A DNA stretch of 63,986 nucleotides, filler included, from Octopus bimaculoides (Eukaryota), in NCBI RefSeq assembly GCF_001194135.2. It is 6 parts of 5 records of this genome, joined end to end, with 100 filler letters (N's around TTAATTAATTAA, not from the genome) between each part and the next. Parts side by side here need not be neighbours in the genome. Positions count along the whole stretch, not along the records: positions 1 to 2,876 come from NC_068993.1; positions 2,977 to 24,446 come from NC_069004.1; 4 more parts are not named here. One strand, 5' to 3'. Both the position numbers and the translations under genes were made by a program. Each line of letters begins with the position of its first letter. Positions within the stretch are counted from its first letter, which is position 1. Below the pieces are notes generated by a model. The model worked only from the letters and a program-made list of their open reading frames with translations, was not told the DNA's origin and did no database searches. Of this stretch, positions 1-12,375 are shown one piece after another.

Positions 1-300
1 ATGCACAGCTCACCATAACACCCAATGCCGCCGTCAGCACCACCGGCACCACCACCATCACCACCACCATCACAAGTACCACCAAGTATATGGTGTTGTT
101 GGTGATGCTGGTGATAATGGTGGTGCTGTTGGTTGTGGGGGGGGGTCTTGGCTGTGGTGATGTAGGTGTGGGTGGTGTGTCGGTGTTCTTGTTTTTGGTG
201 GTGGTGCAGTTGGCGATAATGGTAGTGATAGTGGTGGTGGTGGTGGTGATGATGATGATTATACTGGTGGGTGTTGGCAGTGGTAAGGTGCTCAGGGTAG
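1..300. repeat. Degenerate (CAC)n/(GGT)n low-complexity tract
   Basis: Visible triplet periodicity. Confidence 0.85.
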
Positions 301-842
301 GTGGTTCGCCCTAACTCTACTCCCCCGTTCCCTTCCATCCCATCCCATCCCCCACCACAAAACCCTTCCTCTCTTTCATTGTCGGTTAATAATAGATGAA
401 AAAATGAAACCATGTAACGGGTACCAGATGTGGAACGAACGCTCTGGCGTGTGTGCGAGAATGCACGTATGTGTGTGTGTTTGTCTATTTATGTATGTAT
501 CTGTATGTATGTAAGTGCGTGCGTGCGTGCGTGCGTGTGTGTGCGCGTGCATGCGTATCTATGTATATGTATGTATGTATGTATGTGTCTATATCTTGCT
601 GCTGTTTAACCCCAGGTCAATTACAATCGGCCAAGCCCATAATCAAGACTGTTCCAGCTGTGATCGTCTTATCTTTTTGTCTATCTGCTGGAAACCCAGA
701 AATATATTACCTATTCCATGATGATGCTGGCAAAGAATTACCTTAAGGATACACGTGTTAGCGAAGTATTCAACCACTTACGCATTAATTTAGTTAACCG
801 GACAACAAATTCCTCATCGCCGAAACCAATTTATATATGTAT

Positions 843-1047
843 ATACTCTTTTACTCTTTTACTTGTTTCAGTCTTTTGACTGTGGCCATGCTGGAGCACC
901 GCCTTTTAGTCGAGCAAATCGACCCCAGGACTTATTCTTTAGAAGCCTAGTACTTATTCTATCGATCGCTTTTGCCGAATCGCTAGAACATCGGGACATA
1001 AACACACCAGCATCGGTTGTCAAGCGATGTTGGGGGGACAAATACAC
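843..1047 (-). mobile_element. tRNA-derived SINE family A, 3' module
   Basis: cttgtttcagtc.tttgactg.ggccatgctggagcaccgcc module, repeated across the window. Confidence 0.85.
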
Positions 1048-2237
1048 ACATACAAACATATACACACACATACATATATATATATATACATATANNNNNN
1101 NNNNNNNNNNNNNNNNNNNNNNNNNNNNNNNNNNNNNNNNNNNNNNNNNNNNNNNNNNNNNNNNNNNNNNNNNNNNNNNNNNNNNNNNNNNNNNNNNNNN
1201 NNNNNNNNNNNNNNNNNNNNNNNNNNNNNNNNNNNNNNNNNNNNNNNNNNNNNNNNNNNNNNNNNNNNNNNNNNNNNNNNNNNNNNNNNNNNNNNNNNNN
1301 NNNNNNNNNNNNNNNNNNNNNNNNNNNNNNNNNNNNNNNNNNNNNNNNNNNNNNNNNNNNNNNNNNNNNNNNNNNNNNNNNNNNNNNNNNNNNNNNNNNN
1401 NNNNNNNNNNNNNNNNNNNNNNNNNNNNNNNNNNNNNNNNNNNNNNNNNNNNNNNNNNNNNNNNNNNNNNNNNNNNNNNNNNNNNNNNNNNNNNNNNNNN
1501 NNNNNNNNNNNNNNNNNNNNNNNNNNNNNNNNNNNNNNNNNNNNNNNNNNNNNNNNNNNNNNNNNNNNNNNNNNNNNNNNNNNNNNNNNNNNNNNNNNNN
1601 NNNNNNNNNNNNNNNNNNNNNNNNNNNNNNNNNNNNNNNNNNNNNNNNNNNNNNNNNNNNNNNNNNNNNNNNNNNNNNNNNNNNNNNNNNNNNNNNNNNN
1701 NNNNNNNNNNNNNNNNNNNNNNNNNNNNNNNNNNNNNNNNNNNNNNNNNNNNNNNNNNNNNNNNNNNNNNNNNNNNNNTTATTCTTTCATTCTCTTATTC
1801 TTTTATTTTTGTTTCAGTCATTTGACTGCGGCCATGCTGGGTATGTATGTGTGTGTATATGCGTGCGCGACAGTATTTAGTTATGTATGTTGGTGCGTAC
1901 ATTTGTGAAGGTTGGTTGAAAATGTTTGAGTTTTTTTATACTTTCATGTGTGTGTGTGTGTGTGTGTGTGTATGCGTGTGTGTATGTATGTGTTCCACCC
2001 TCCAGCGCTGCTTGACAACCAGTAGTTTGTTTACGGCTCCCATAACTTAGCGGTTCGGCAAAAGAACCGATAGGATAAGTACCAAACTTAAAAAATAAGA
2101 GCTGGTGTCAATTTGTTCGACTAAAGTCTTCAACATGTTGCACCAGCATGGCCGCTTTCTGATAACTGGAAGAAGTAAAGATAAAAGAAGAAAGTCCATT
2201 GCAGTTCCTTGTCTCTTTTTCTTTTCGAAATTCCCAG

Positions 2238-2412
2238 CCAAGAATATGGACACGAAATTCTTAAAACGAAAACACAAGACTTCCTGTCCTTCATTTCAAC
2301 AACGATTACAGATTACAACGAAGATGGATGGCAAGGCACTGACCAAATTTCTGAATATGGAATTAGTTCCACACTCACACGTGTACACGACACTTTGTTA
2401 TGGACCATGGGG
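2238..2412 (+). CDS. Candidate internal exon
   Basis: Acceptor tctttttcttttcgaaattcccag; two frames open; weak donor GG|GTGGGA. One frame is phase-compatible with the candidate exon at 2669. Confidence 0.2.
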
Positions 2413-2668
2413 GTGGGATAAAAGGCAGAGTTAATCCCGATAGAATCTGAACTGAAGTTGTAAAGAGATGATATAGTATGTTATAAAGATATCACAATTC
2501 ATTTTGTTCGAGTGCGCTACCGATTCTGCCATTTCCAGAAAGTAAAAGTTAAGTGACGAATCTTAATAGTGGAAGACATTTATTCCGCAGATCTTCCGGT
2601 TTCTGTCTTTATTTCTTTACTCTTTGTTCTTTTTTTTTCTCCACATTTCTGTTTCTTTTTGCCTCAAG

Positions 2669-2739
2669 GGTACTAAACAACAACGACATAAAACGTCAGC
2701 GAAGAATAAGAAAGATAAGAAATCCCAAACAGCAGTAGC

Positions 2740-2776
<37 letters not shown>

Positions 2777-2827
2777 GCAACAACAACAAACAGTCAACAG
2801 ACAAAAACTAAGAACAAGGAAGTGTAA
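2669..2827 (+). CDS. Candidate terminal coding exon (K-rich, poly-Thr)
   Basis: About 65-nt pyrimidine tract ending in ctcaag, then an open phase-0 frame GTKQQRHKTSAKNKKDKKSQTAVAT(n)...KNKEV*. No homology recognised and part of it is an (ACA)n repeat. Confidence 0.3.
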
Positions 2828-2920
2828 ATCACCCCAAAACTCCCTTCTCTATCCACCCCTATGTGATTTCCTGCGGNNNNNNNNNNNNNNNNNNNNNNNN
2901 NNNNNNNNNNNNNNNNNNNN

Positions 2921-2932
2921 TTAATTAATTAA
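2921..2932. other. Assembly linker TTAATTAATTAA in a 100-bp unsized gap (also 24491-24502, 28047-28058, 53893-53904, 62864-62875)
   Basis: Identical 12-mer with stops in all six frames, centred in N runs (44 N + 12 + 44 N at 2877-2976). Not biological. Confidence 0.95.
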
Positions 2933-2976
2933 NNNNNNNNNNNNNNNNNNNNNNNNNNNNNNNNNNNNNNNNNNNN

Positions 2977-3018
<42 letters not shown>

Positions 3019-4434
3019 GTTACAAATGAAAGAAAGTGTATTCAATGCACGTTAAAGAGTTTATAATTTATGAGAAGGCGGCTGATGACTCATTCAGTTG
3101 CTACACAAAAGACCATGCAACCTGTAACATCATGGACAAATAACCCCAAAAACTAAAAGAGGTAAGTACTACTAAGTATGTTTGACGCAGAAATACCAGA
3201 TCTTGAAAGAATCACTAAGATCGCTGAATAAAAGAACCGATATATTTTAACTATGCCCCCACAAAAGGTGATTTATTTTGGAGATCCTTCTGCTAAGAAA
3301 TCATCGATGTTTATAATTGCAAGCACGGTGGACTCTGCTGTTTGACCCGTTCAGCTAAAATTTTGCAATCCATTTTATCTTTTCTTTTTTTTTCTTTTTA
3401 ATTTCGTACAAAAATTCGTTGGTAACTAATTAACTGTTAGTATTACCAAATGCAACAAGTGTTATGCCAACAACATACATTTAATTCGAGGCGGAAAATT
3501 ACGTAAAAAGAATTAATCATGTTTTCTCATTATTCCATGCGTTGAATAAACTTTACCTCATTTGTAAACACGTTGGTGCCCCAGCATGGCCACAGGCTCT
3601 GGCTGAGATCAATAAAGGAATATAAGAATACACAAGCGCGCACGACGCGCACAAATATGTGTGCATTTGTTTTGTATCTAATTCAGATACGGTGTAATTA
3701 TACCAAATTTTAATTGCGTAATCAAATTCTTTACTATATAATGTAGACATGCTTGACTAATTTTATGCCACAGAGCAGCTAGGTGAGAACTATTGATAGG
3801 CAAGAACCATCGACTGGTAAAGTCAACAGTTGAATCCTTCTATGAGAACACCTGATGTAGCATTCGTTGAAAAACACACTGTGGATATATGAAATACTTT
3901 AAAACTTCCAATTCGTTTACTTCTTAAGCTCTGTAAACCAAGCACGAAGACCTTATTATAAAATTCTTTTTAGTTTGTGAAGTATCACATCTCAGTTAAT
4001 TCATCCGATGGTGAATTAGTTTAGATATTATATATTTTTCAGATGTATAATTTGAGACTACGTATATCCGTTCTTTTAAAGCCTGCTAACCTCCTACACC
4101 GCAAGTAACCGCCACTACCACCGAGTCCTAAAGTGCACGTAACAGTAGCTCAAATGTTGCTGTTGTTTGGAAATGTTAACCTGGAAATAATTACTCTTCT
4201 GAGTGTAGAATCAAAGTTTCATCTAATTTTAGAATGAACTTACTGTCGAAATACTGGTTGTTTGTGGTATATGCAGCGGCGGGGGGTGTTTTAACAAGTG
4301 AATTTCGTGGGGATTTCCTTTTTTCCGTCTATTTTCGAGCATTATGGCAGTTAATAACTCAAGCGGCGAGTTAGAATTCGGTGACATTATTTATTAATGA
4401 TTTGTTTATTATTATTTATTGATGTTTTAATTAG

Positions 4435-4860
4435 ACAAAGAGAGCTTCGACTTGGAGAAGATGATCAGTGTGATATTTCAATGTCATCTATACACATCAA
4501 CGATCAAAGTGCTATCGAGATTTATCGATTTTGAGCAGGAGTGGAGTGATTATGCGATTGATTATTGCATTGAAGCTTTCGATAATGCCACGGGTTCTGC
4601 AAAAAACATTTGAACTCAGAAGGAAAGCCTTTGTGTATTTTCTTCAAATTTTTTTCTCAAGAAATGTTTGTCAGGATGAACGATGAGATCACAAAGTGTG
4701 CGCGTCGACAGGGTAACACCACTTTCATAAAATTAGAAGATGAAGGTATATCTAAAAATGCTTTTACCGACGTTATTTCTGCAGCTTCCACGTTTCAGAT
4801 ACCACAAAGACACAAATTTAGCCCTGAGACAAGAATCGACACTCAGGAATAGATATCTTG
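4435..4860 (+). pseudogene. Possible piggyBac-like transposase N-terminal relic
   Basis: PLCIFFKFFSQEMFVRMNDEITKCARRQG resembles the P..FF..FF..E....I...TN.YA.Q start of piggyBac/PGBD transposases; frameshifted and short. Confidence 0.35.
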
Positions 4861-4866
4861 TAAATA

Positions 4867-5280
4867 CGAGGGTCGGTTGAAAAGTTCATAAGTTTACTTA
4901 GACACTCTCATGGAATGTGACCAAATGACGTTTATTTTCTATATAGTTCCTCTTGCAACCCACACACTTCCTCCCCCGGAGTTGCAGTGTTTGGACCCCA
5001 TGGCCGAAGCTTTTATTCCGTTGCTCAAAAATGTCATCAACAGCAGATATGACGTCCAAATGATTTTTTCATATTGGGGAACAGATGAGGCCAAATCAGA
5101 ATAGGGGGAGCAGTAATCAACCAGTTCAAAGCCACAATCACGCACAGCAGTCATTGAAACTAAGGGTTTATATATTGGAGCATTGTGCTGATGAAACAAG
5201 ACACCTTTAGTTAGTTTTTGTGGGCATTTGGTCTTGATAGCCGATCGTAACTGCCTCAGGAAGTTGGCATAGTGTTACAT
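4867..5280 (-). mobile_element. Mariner transposon 3' fragment
   Basis: TIR-like cgagggtcggttgaaaagtt after TA. Minus strand reads YANFLRQLRSAIKTK..KLTKGVLFHQHNAP..VSMTAVRDCGFELVD..SPYSDLA. Confidence 0.85.
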
Positions 5281-6270
5281 CTACTTGTAATCAACTTAAC
5301 TTCATTCAACTTTCTGAGAAGGTGAAAGTGACATGACATCAGATCAAAACACGCATTCACATTGTACATCAATCATTTGTATATCGTATTTGCATGCTCC
5401 ATCTTTAATTCATGGGAAAGTTATATTTTTATGAGATGTATACTGGACTGACTACTTTTCATAAAAATTTATCCTTTCTAAAAAGGTTGGGAAGTTTAGA
5501 GAGGAAATGTATGACAGGAACTGAAAATAATGTTGGTAGTTTCCTTTTAAAAAAACGAAGAAATGTTACACAAATACAAATGCAAATAACAGGACATAAC
5601 AACAGGTGTCTTCCGACTAAGGACGAATTAAAATAAGCTGACGTGTGTGAGATTTGACAGGCACAGGGAGGGATGCAGATGTTGCACGGATGGTAGTCGA
5701 ACGAAGAAAGAAAGGTCAGGCTTGGCCAGACACCGGTCACGTGGGGAGAGAAGAGAAAGAGGTAGAGGCAGAGGGATAGGAGAATTAAGGAAGGGCGAGA
5801 TAAAAATGAAAGGGACAGAGTGAAGTGAAAGAGGAGGGAAAGTGAGCATGAAGGGAATGCCAGGAAATGTCAAGTATATAACTATATCCGTTTTTATTAA
5901 TGTATAAATTTTTAACATTAACGGTAAACTGTATTCTTCTTTTTTCATATTTTCATTGTTTCAAATATGATAAATTTCTTTGTACGTCCTTCCCTGAAGA
6001 TATTCTCACTTGTAGTAATTAACTAAATTGATTTAGTTAAATTTAATTAGATTTGGTTGATGTTATGCTGCAAGCGATGAATTGAAACAATTGTAGGTCT
6101 GGTCTTGTCAATATATTGATAAACTTTTATTAATCTTATCTCCATCTTCTCTCTTTTTGTCGTCTAAATTACGCAAAAATGAAAATAACGCTGCTATCTC
6201 ATTTTAAAAGGTATATCTCATTTCAACCAAAATTACGTAAAAATATCTTGAAATACTTATGAAATACTTG

Positions 6271-6401
6271 AGCGCAGGGGTGGCTGTGTGGTAAGTAGCT
6301 TGCTTACCAACTACATGGTTCCGGGTTCAGTCCCACTGCGTGGCNNNNNNNNNNNNNNNNNNNNNNNNNNNNNNNNNNNNNNNNNNNNNNNNNNNNNNNN
6401 N

Positions 6402-6455
<54 letters not shown>

Positions 6456-6660
6456 TGTGTCTGTGTTTGTACCGCCAACATCGCTTGACAACCGATTCTG
6501 GTGTGTTTACGTCCCTGTAACTTAGCTGTTCGGCAAATGAGACGGATAGAATAAGTACTAGGCTTACAAAGAATAAGTCCTGAGATTGATTTGCTCGACT
6601 AAATGGCGGTGCTCCAGCATAGCTGCAGCCAAATGACTGAGACAAGTAAAAAAAAAAAAA
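6271..6660 (+). mobile_element. SINE family A, full length
   Basis: tRNA-like head (tggctgtgtggtaag A box; ggttcagtccc B-box-like), (TG)n linker, 3' module. Confidence 0.9.
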
Positions 6661-6664
6661 AGAA

Positions 6665-6764
6665 TTATTCCACAAAATCTCCATTGGCTTCAACCACGGC
6701 CTCTAGACGACTTCGGAATCTCCTGCAACCCTTCTGGACGGTCTCCTTGTTTAAGTTGCCTTCA
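6665..6764 (-). mobile_element. Tc1/mariner-superfamily transposase C-terminal fragment (rest in gap)
   Basis: NLNKETVQKGCRRFRSRLEAVVEANGDFVE* matches the typical C-terminus ACRRFRSRIEAVI.ANG..IE*. Confidence 0.75.
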
Positions 6765-7714
6765 NNNNNNNNNNNNNNNNNNNNNNNNNNNNNNNNNNNN
6801 NNNNNNNNNNNNNNNNNNNNNNNNNNNNNNNNNNNNNNNNNNNNNNNNNNNNNNNNNNNNNNNNNNNNNNNNNNNNNNNNNNNNNNNNNNNNNNNNNNNN
6901 NNNNNNNNNNNNNNNNNNNNNNNNNNNNNNNNNNNNNNNNNNNNNNNNNNNNNNNNNNNNNNNNNNNNNNNNNNNNNNNNNNNNNNNNNNNNNNNNNNNN
7001 NNNNNNNNNNNNNNNNNNNNNNNNNNNNNNNNNNNNNNNNNNNNNNNNNNNNNNNNNNNNNNNNNNNNNNNNNNNNNNNNNNNNNNNNNNNNNNNNNNNN
7101 NNNNNNNNNNNNNNNNNNNNNNNNNNNNNNNNNNNNNNNNNNNNNNNNNNNNNNNNNNNNNNNNNNNNNNNNNNNNNNNNNNNNNNNNNNNNNNNNNNNN
7201 NNNNNNNNNNNNNNNNNNNNNNNNNNNNNNNNNNNNNNNNNNNNNNNNNNNNNNNNNNNNNNNNNNNNNNNNNNNNNNNNNNNNNNNNNNNNNNNNNNNN
7301 NNNNNNNNNNNNNNNNNNNNNNNNNNNNNNNNNNNNNNNNNNNNNNNNNNNNNNNNNNNNNNNNNNNNNNNNNNNNNNNNNNNNNNNNNNNNNNNNNNNN
7401 NNNNNNNNNNNNNNNNNNNNNNNNNNNNNNNNNNNNNNNNNNNNNNNNNNNNNNNNNNNNNNNNNNNNNNNNNNNNNNNNNNNNNNNNNNNNNNNNNNNN
7501 NNNNNNNNNNNNNNNNNNNNNNNNNNNNNNNNNNNNNNNNNNNNNNNNNNNNNNNNNNNNNNNNNNNNNNNNNNNNNNNNNNNNNNNNNNNNNNNNNNNN
7601 NNNNNNNNNNNNNNNNNNNNNNNNNNNNNNNNNNNNNNNNNNNNNNNNNNNNNNNNNNNNNNNNNNNNNNNNNNNNNNNNNNNNNNNNNNNNNNNNNNAT
7701 ATATATATATATAC

Positions 7715-7878
7715 CCAGGCTTCTTTCAGTTTCTGTCTACCAAATCCACTCACAAGGCTTTGGTCGGCCCGAGGTTTTAGTAAAAGATGCTTGCCCAAGA
7801 TGCCACGCCGCAGTAATGAAACTGAATTCAGAACCATGTGGTTAAGGAAATCCTACACTACACTGCCACGCCTGCGCC
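7715..7878 (-). mobile_element. SINE family A head
   Basis: ggcttctttcagtttctgtctaccaaatccactcacaagg, reverse complement of the head module. Confidence 0.8.
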
Positions 7879-8309
7879 TATATATGACATATATATAGTA
7901 TAACATATAGACATGTAGTATAACATTAGAAAATAATCCATTGCACTACAGCATCTTGGCCTCACCAATACACCACCACCACCACCACCACTAATTCCGT
8001 TGCTTATACTACCTCGTGACTTGTTTGCGAACAATATACATTATATATATAACAATAAGTGCACCAACAGTAAATATCTAATCTGATCAAATGAAGGCCA
8101 ACTTCCTGCACTGCATCCGTTATGGTTTTATGTAGCTCAAGCGTCATTGGTCAATTATGTTGCCATTACGAAAATGCCACCACTTTTATCTTCATTTCAA
8201 CTCCTATTAACATCTTTATAATATCCTTCATCATAAACAACAGCATTATCGCTTTCATCTTTATTTATATCTCACCATTGTCGTTGTCACTCACCATTAT
8301 TTATATGTT

Positions 8310-10112
8310 GGTTTCAAACTTTGGCACAAGGCCAGCAAGTCTGGAATAATGCGTAAGTCGATTACATTGGCCCCTGTGTTCAACTGGTTCTTATTTCGTG
8401 GACCCCGACCGGATGAAATGCAAAGTAGACCTCGACAGAATTTGAACTCAGAACGCAAAGACGGACGAAATGTCGTCTAAGCATTTTGCCTGGTGTGCTA
8501 ACGATCCTGCCAACACCCCGCCCTTTAAAAAAAATGTTAGGGCCAGTCAGTTTGTCACTATAGAGTATCGAACCCCATACCTTCCAAACTCCGGATAAAC
8601 GCTCTGTACCATTAAACTAAGCGACTCATGAGGTCCCTATTATCTATCTCATCATCTATCTTCATCATTCTTAGTATCGGTATTACAGAATCATAACTGT
8701 TTCCATTTTTATATACCACCGACATTATCAACTTTCGTTTTCAATCACACCAGTTGTTCTCAACCGGGGTTCGTATGACCCTCGAAGGTCTTTGACACTT
8801 AGGATTTCATTTGACCCTTGGGGGGTCCATTTGATCCCTGGGGGGTCCATTTGACCTTGAGGGCCCATATAAGAATTTGTTGAAATTGTTACAATAAATT
8901 GCTTATACTTCTACGATACACAAAGTATTTTAATTTTCTTGTATAATTCCTATTTTTTTTTATATATTTTAAAAGCGCAGTAATTTTTTTTTTTATATTC
9001 ATCAAATGGTTATGTGGGTCCTGTGGTGTAAAATAGGGATCAAATGAGTCCATAGGCAAAAAAAAAATGGGTTGAGAATCTCTAATTTACACCAACGGAA
9101 ATTTCGTTGTACCCTCGCCATTATTATTTTTATCATTATCTTTATTATCATCATTACTATCAACATATCGGTTTCATATTTTGTTATACGGCTCGCAATC
9201 GTGGGGCGAATTAGTCAATTATACCGACCCAAGTGCTCAACTCGTACTTATTTAATCGAACCCGAAAAAAAAATGAAAGGTTAAGTAGGCCTCAGCATCA
9301 TTTGAACTCGGAACGTAAATAACTAGTAAGCNNNNNNNNNNNNNNNNNNNNNNNNNNNNNNNNNNNNNNNNNNNNNNNNNNNNNNNNNNNNNNNNTTTTT
9401 TTTTTTTTTTTTTTTGTCTAGGCGGGAAAGGATTCCGCCAGATCGTTGCCTTCGAAAACACATTCAAAATGTTAGATTTAAATTTTGGTACAAAGCCAGT
9501 AATTTCGATGGAGTGGTAAGTCGATTACATCGACCCTAGTGCTCAATTGGTACTTATTTTATCGAACCCGAAATGGATAAAAAGCAAAGTTGACCTCAGT
9601 GGTATTTGAACTGAGATTGTAAAGAGCTGGAAGGAATGCTGCTAAGCATTTTGTTCACTGCGCTAACGATTCTTATTTCTTTATTGCCCACAAGAGGCTA
9701 AACATAGAGGGGACAAACAAGGACAGACAAAGGGATTAAGTCGATTACATCAACTCCAGTGCGTCACTGGTACTTAATTTATCGACCCCGAAAGGATGAA
9801 AGGAAAAGTCGACCTCGGCTGAATTTGAACTCAGAACGTAACGGCAGACGAAATACCGTTAAGCATTTTGTCCTGTGCGCTAACGTTTCTACCAGTTCGC
9901 TGCCTTTAACGATACATTCAAAATATTGAATTCAAATTTAGGCACAAGGCCGGCAATTTCGGACGCGGGGTAAGTAGATAACATCGACCACAATGCTGAG
10001 CTAGTACTGAGTTAATCGAACCATAAAAGAATGAATTGAAAAATTCGATTGCAGTGGTATTTGAACTCAAAACGTAAAGAGCAGGACCAATGATCCTGCC
10101 AGCTCGCTACCT
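8310..10112 (-). mobile_element. Cluster of tRNA-derived SINE family B copies (about 8310-8524, 9190-9330, 9476-9680, 9735-9906, 9935-10112)
   Basis: Repeated tatcgaccccgaaaggatgaaaggcaaagtcgacctcggcggaatttgaactcagaacg module. The central domain resembles Sauria-SINE/MetaSINE-type cores (from recall, unverified). Confidence 0.85.
8751..9084. mobile_element. hAT-like MITE with internal ~20-bp tandem repeats
   Basis: Left end cagttgttctcaacc, right end ggttgagaatctcta; three catttga(c/t)cc..gggg repeats at about 8808-8866; imperfect 8-bp flanks aatcacac/atttacac. Confidence 0.6.
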
Positions 10113-10223
10113 TCAACGAAACATTCAAAAATATCAACTGATATATCTTATATTATCGCCCAAAATTATCACTTTTATCTTCATATGCAATTATACCGGA
10201 ACTTCCGTCACATCCTCCGCCAT

Positions 10224-10254
<31 letters not shown>

Positions 10255-10734
10255 AGCATTCTTATCAATATCAGCCTAATTACGAGCATTGCTACATCCG
10301 TGTCCATCTTAATACACTACTAACGTTATCCGCTTCATCTTCCTTTACATCAACGTCAAAACTTTTATCACATCCCTAGCCATCATTATCGTCACCCTTA
10401 TCTATATTATCACACGAGCTTTATTATCACCGGTATCTTTGTTATCATTAATGCTATAAATCTTATCAAAATTATAACTCCATCAATCTTAATACACCAC
10501 TAACATTTTCCATATCATTCAAACCACTCTCAATATTATCGCCAAAACAACCGAAGTAATTATCTAATAATGATATCATTAATAATACCATCATTAATGA
10601 TATTGATATTAATAATGCCATAAATGTTTTAATAACATTATAGTGACGATTATCTTACTCATTTCTATTATTAAATACTGTTTTTGCAGTCGTTAATATT
10701 AGTATCATTATTGTTTTTATTTAGTGGTTATTGC

Positions 10735-10791
<57 letters not shown>

Positions 10792-10835
10792 CGTTGTTGT
10801 TGTTGCTGCTGTTGTTGTTGTTATTGATATTACTA

Positions 10836-11045
10836 AGACGGCCAGCTGGCAGAATCGTTAGCACGCCGGGCGAAATGCTTAGTGATATGTCGCCTGTCTT
10901 TTTGTTCTGAGTTCAAAATTCCGCCGAGGTCGACTTTGCATGCTATCCTTTCGGGGTCGGTAAAAATAAATACCGGTTGAACACTGGGGTCGATGAAATC
11001 GATTCGTCCCCTCATCATTCAAAATTGCTGCCCTCGTGGAAAAAT
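10836..11045 (+). mobile_element. SINE family B, full length
   Basis: Head gacggccagctggcagaatcgttagcacgccgggcg..gagttcaaa; ends in a (TTA)n tail. Confidence 0.9.
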
Positions 11046-11083
11046 TTGAAATTATTATTATTATTGTTGTTGTTGTTGTTGTT

Positions 11084-11632
11084 GAGTGAGAGAGCAGTGC
11101 ATGCCATCAAATTGACACTGGAGTACAAATATACGAAGCCCAGTATACCCATCATGATAAGGGTACACCCGGCACGTGCATTTCAACCATATGTGCGTGA
11201 CATGGTGATCTCATATCAAGATAAACAGCTCATGACCTTGCAGGTGGGGTCCAGTTAGAATCTTCTTCAGGTCGAGTAGCCCATAGCGCTCAAAAGGTCT
11301 CTGAATAAAGGTCGTTTAAGGATGCTGAACGAAACATCCATGTTTCCAAAGGTGAATTATTGAAACTCCAAAGAACTCCTCTCAACACATGGCTACGATG
11401 TTCCTCCACTACTTCTGCTCCTGATCAGAGATGCACATATCGTCAGCCACCAAGGGACATGCTCAACTGGTTAAGGTCAAATAACTAACAAGCAAATCTA
11501 TGGTTTTGAGCAGAATATTTACTGTAGGCCATCTTTTTATACCAAGACAAAACAATGTACATGATAATACTTCCAATCATTTAAGATCAGAAGCCACGAA
11601 AGCCACTGCCTGGTACTGCATCAGGTCATTTG
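11084..11632 (-). mobile_element. Non-coding ~550-650 bp element embedded in (TAA)n-type arrays (family E)
   Basis: Reverse-complement homolog of 59922-60572 along its whole length; microsatellite at both ends. Confidence 0.8.
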
Positions 11633-11634
11633 TC

Positions 11635-11640
11635 ATTATC

Positions 11641-11714
<74 letters not shown>

Positions 11715-12076
11715 CATCACCATCATCATCATCATCATCATCATCATCATTATCATTANNNNNNNNNNNNNNNNNNNNNNNNNNNNNNNNNNNNNNNNNN
11801 NNNNNNNNNNNNNNNNNNNNNNNNNNNNNNNNNNNNNNNNNNNNNNNNNNNNNNNNNNNNNNNNNNNNNNNNNNNNNNNNNNNNNNNNNNNNNNNNNNNN
11901 NNNNNNNNNNNNNNNNNNNNNNNNNNNNNNNNNNNNNNNNNNNNNNNNNNNNNNNNNNNNNNNNNNNNNNNNNNNNNNNNNNNNNNNNNNNNNNNNNNNN
12001 NNNNNNNNNNNNNNNNNNNNNNNNNNNNNNNNNNNNNNNNNNNNNNNNNNNNNNNNNNNCATCATCATCATCATCA

Positions 12077-12125
<49 letters not shown>

Positions 12126-12131
12126 CATCAC

Positions 12132-12213
<82 letters not shown>

Positions 12214-12270
12214 TACATTGATGGCGGCAAGCTGGCAGAATCGTTAGCACGCTAGAAGAAATGCCTAGCG

Positions 12271-12349
<79 letters not shown>

Positions 12350-12360
12350 TAATAACAACA
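11635..12360. repeat. Compound (TTA)n/(TCA)n and (TAA)n microsatellites around a gap
   Basis: Direct reading; a 50-bp SINE B head lies at about 12220-12270. Confidence 0.95.
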
Positions 12361-12375
12361 ACAACGACAACATGA

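Noticed and set aside
863-1908. Long ORFs in the track spanning N runs (also 6603-7898, 20628-21290, 39029-40272, 45144-46068)
   Set aside because: Their length is due to gaps translated as X.
2921-2932. Perfect TTAATTAATTAA palindrome recurring five times
   Set aside because: Always centred in N runs and gives stops in six frames; an assembly linker.
3086-3161. Strong donor GAG|GTAAGT at 3162
   Set aside because: All three upstream frames hit stops; it could be a UTR exon but there is no supporting evidence.
6271-6344. tRNA-like A/B boxes in SINE heads
   Set aside because: No complete cloverleaf; these are SINE promoters, not tRNA genes.
11700-12215. Near-identical compound microsatellite pattern on both sides of a gap
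   Set aside because: Probably the same array assembled twice or a collapsed repeat; cannot be judged without reads.
11500-12255. Poly-I/L/M, poly-E/K and YVCM-type ORFs (also 15957-16629, 24721-25606, 55950-56174, 57002-57385)
   Set aside because: Translations of microsatellites, with no coding complexity.
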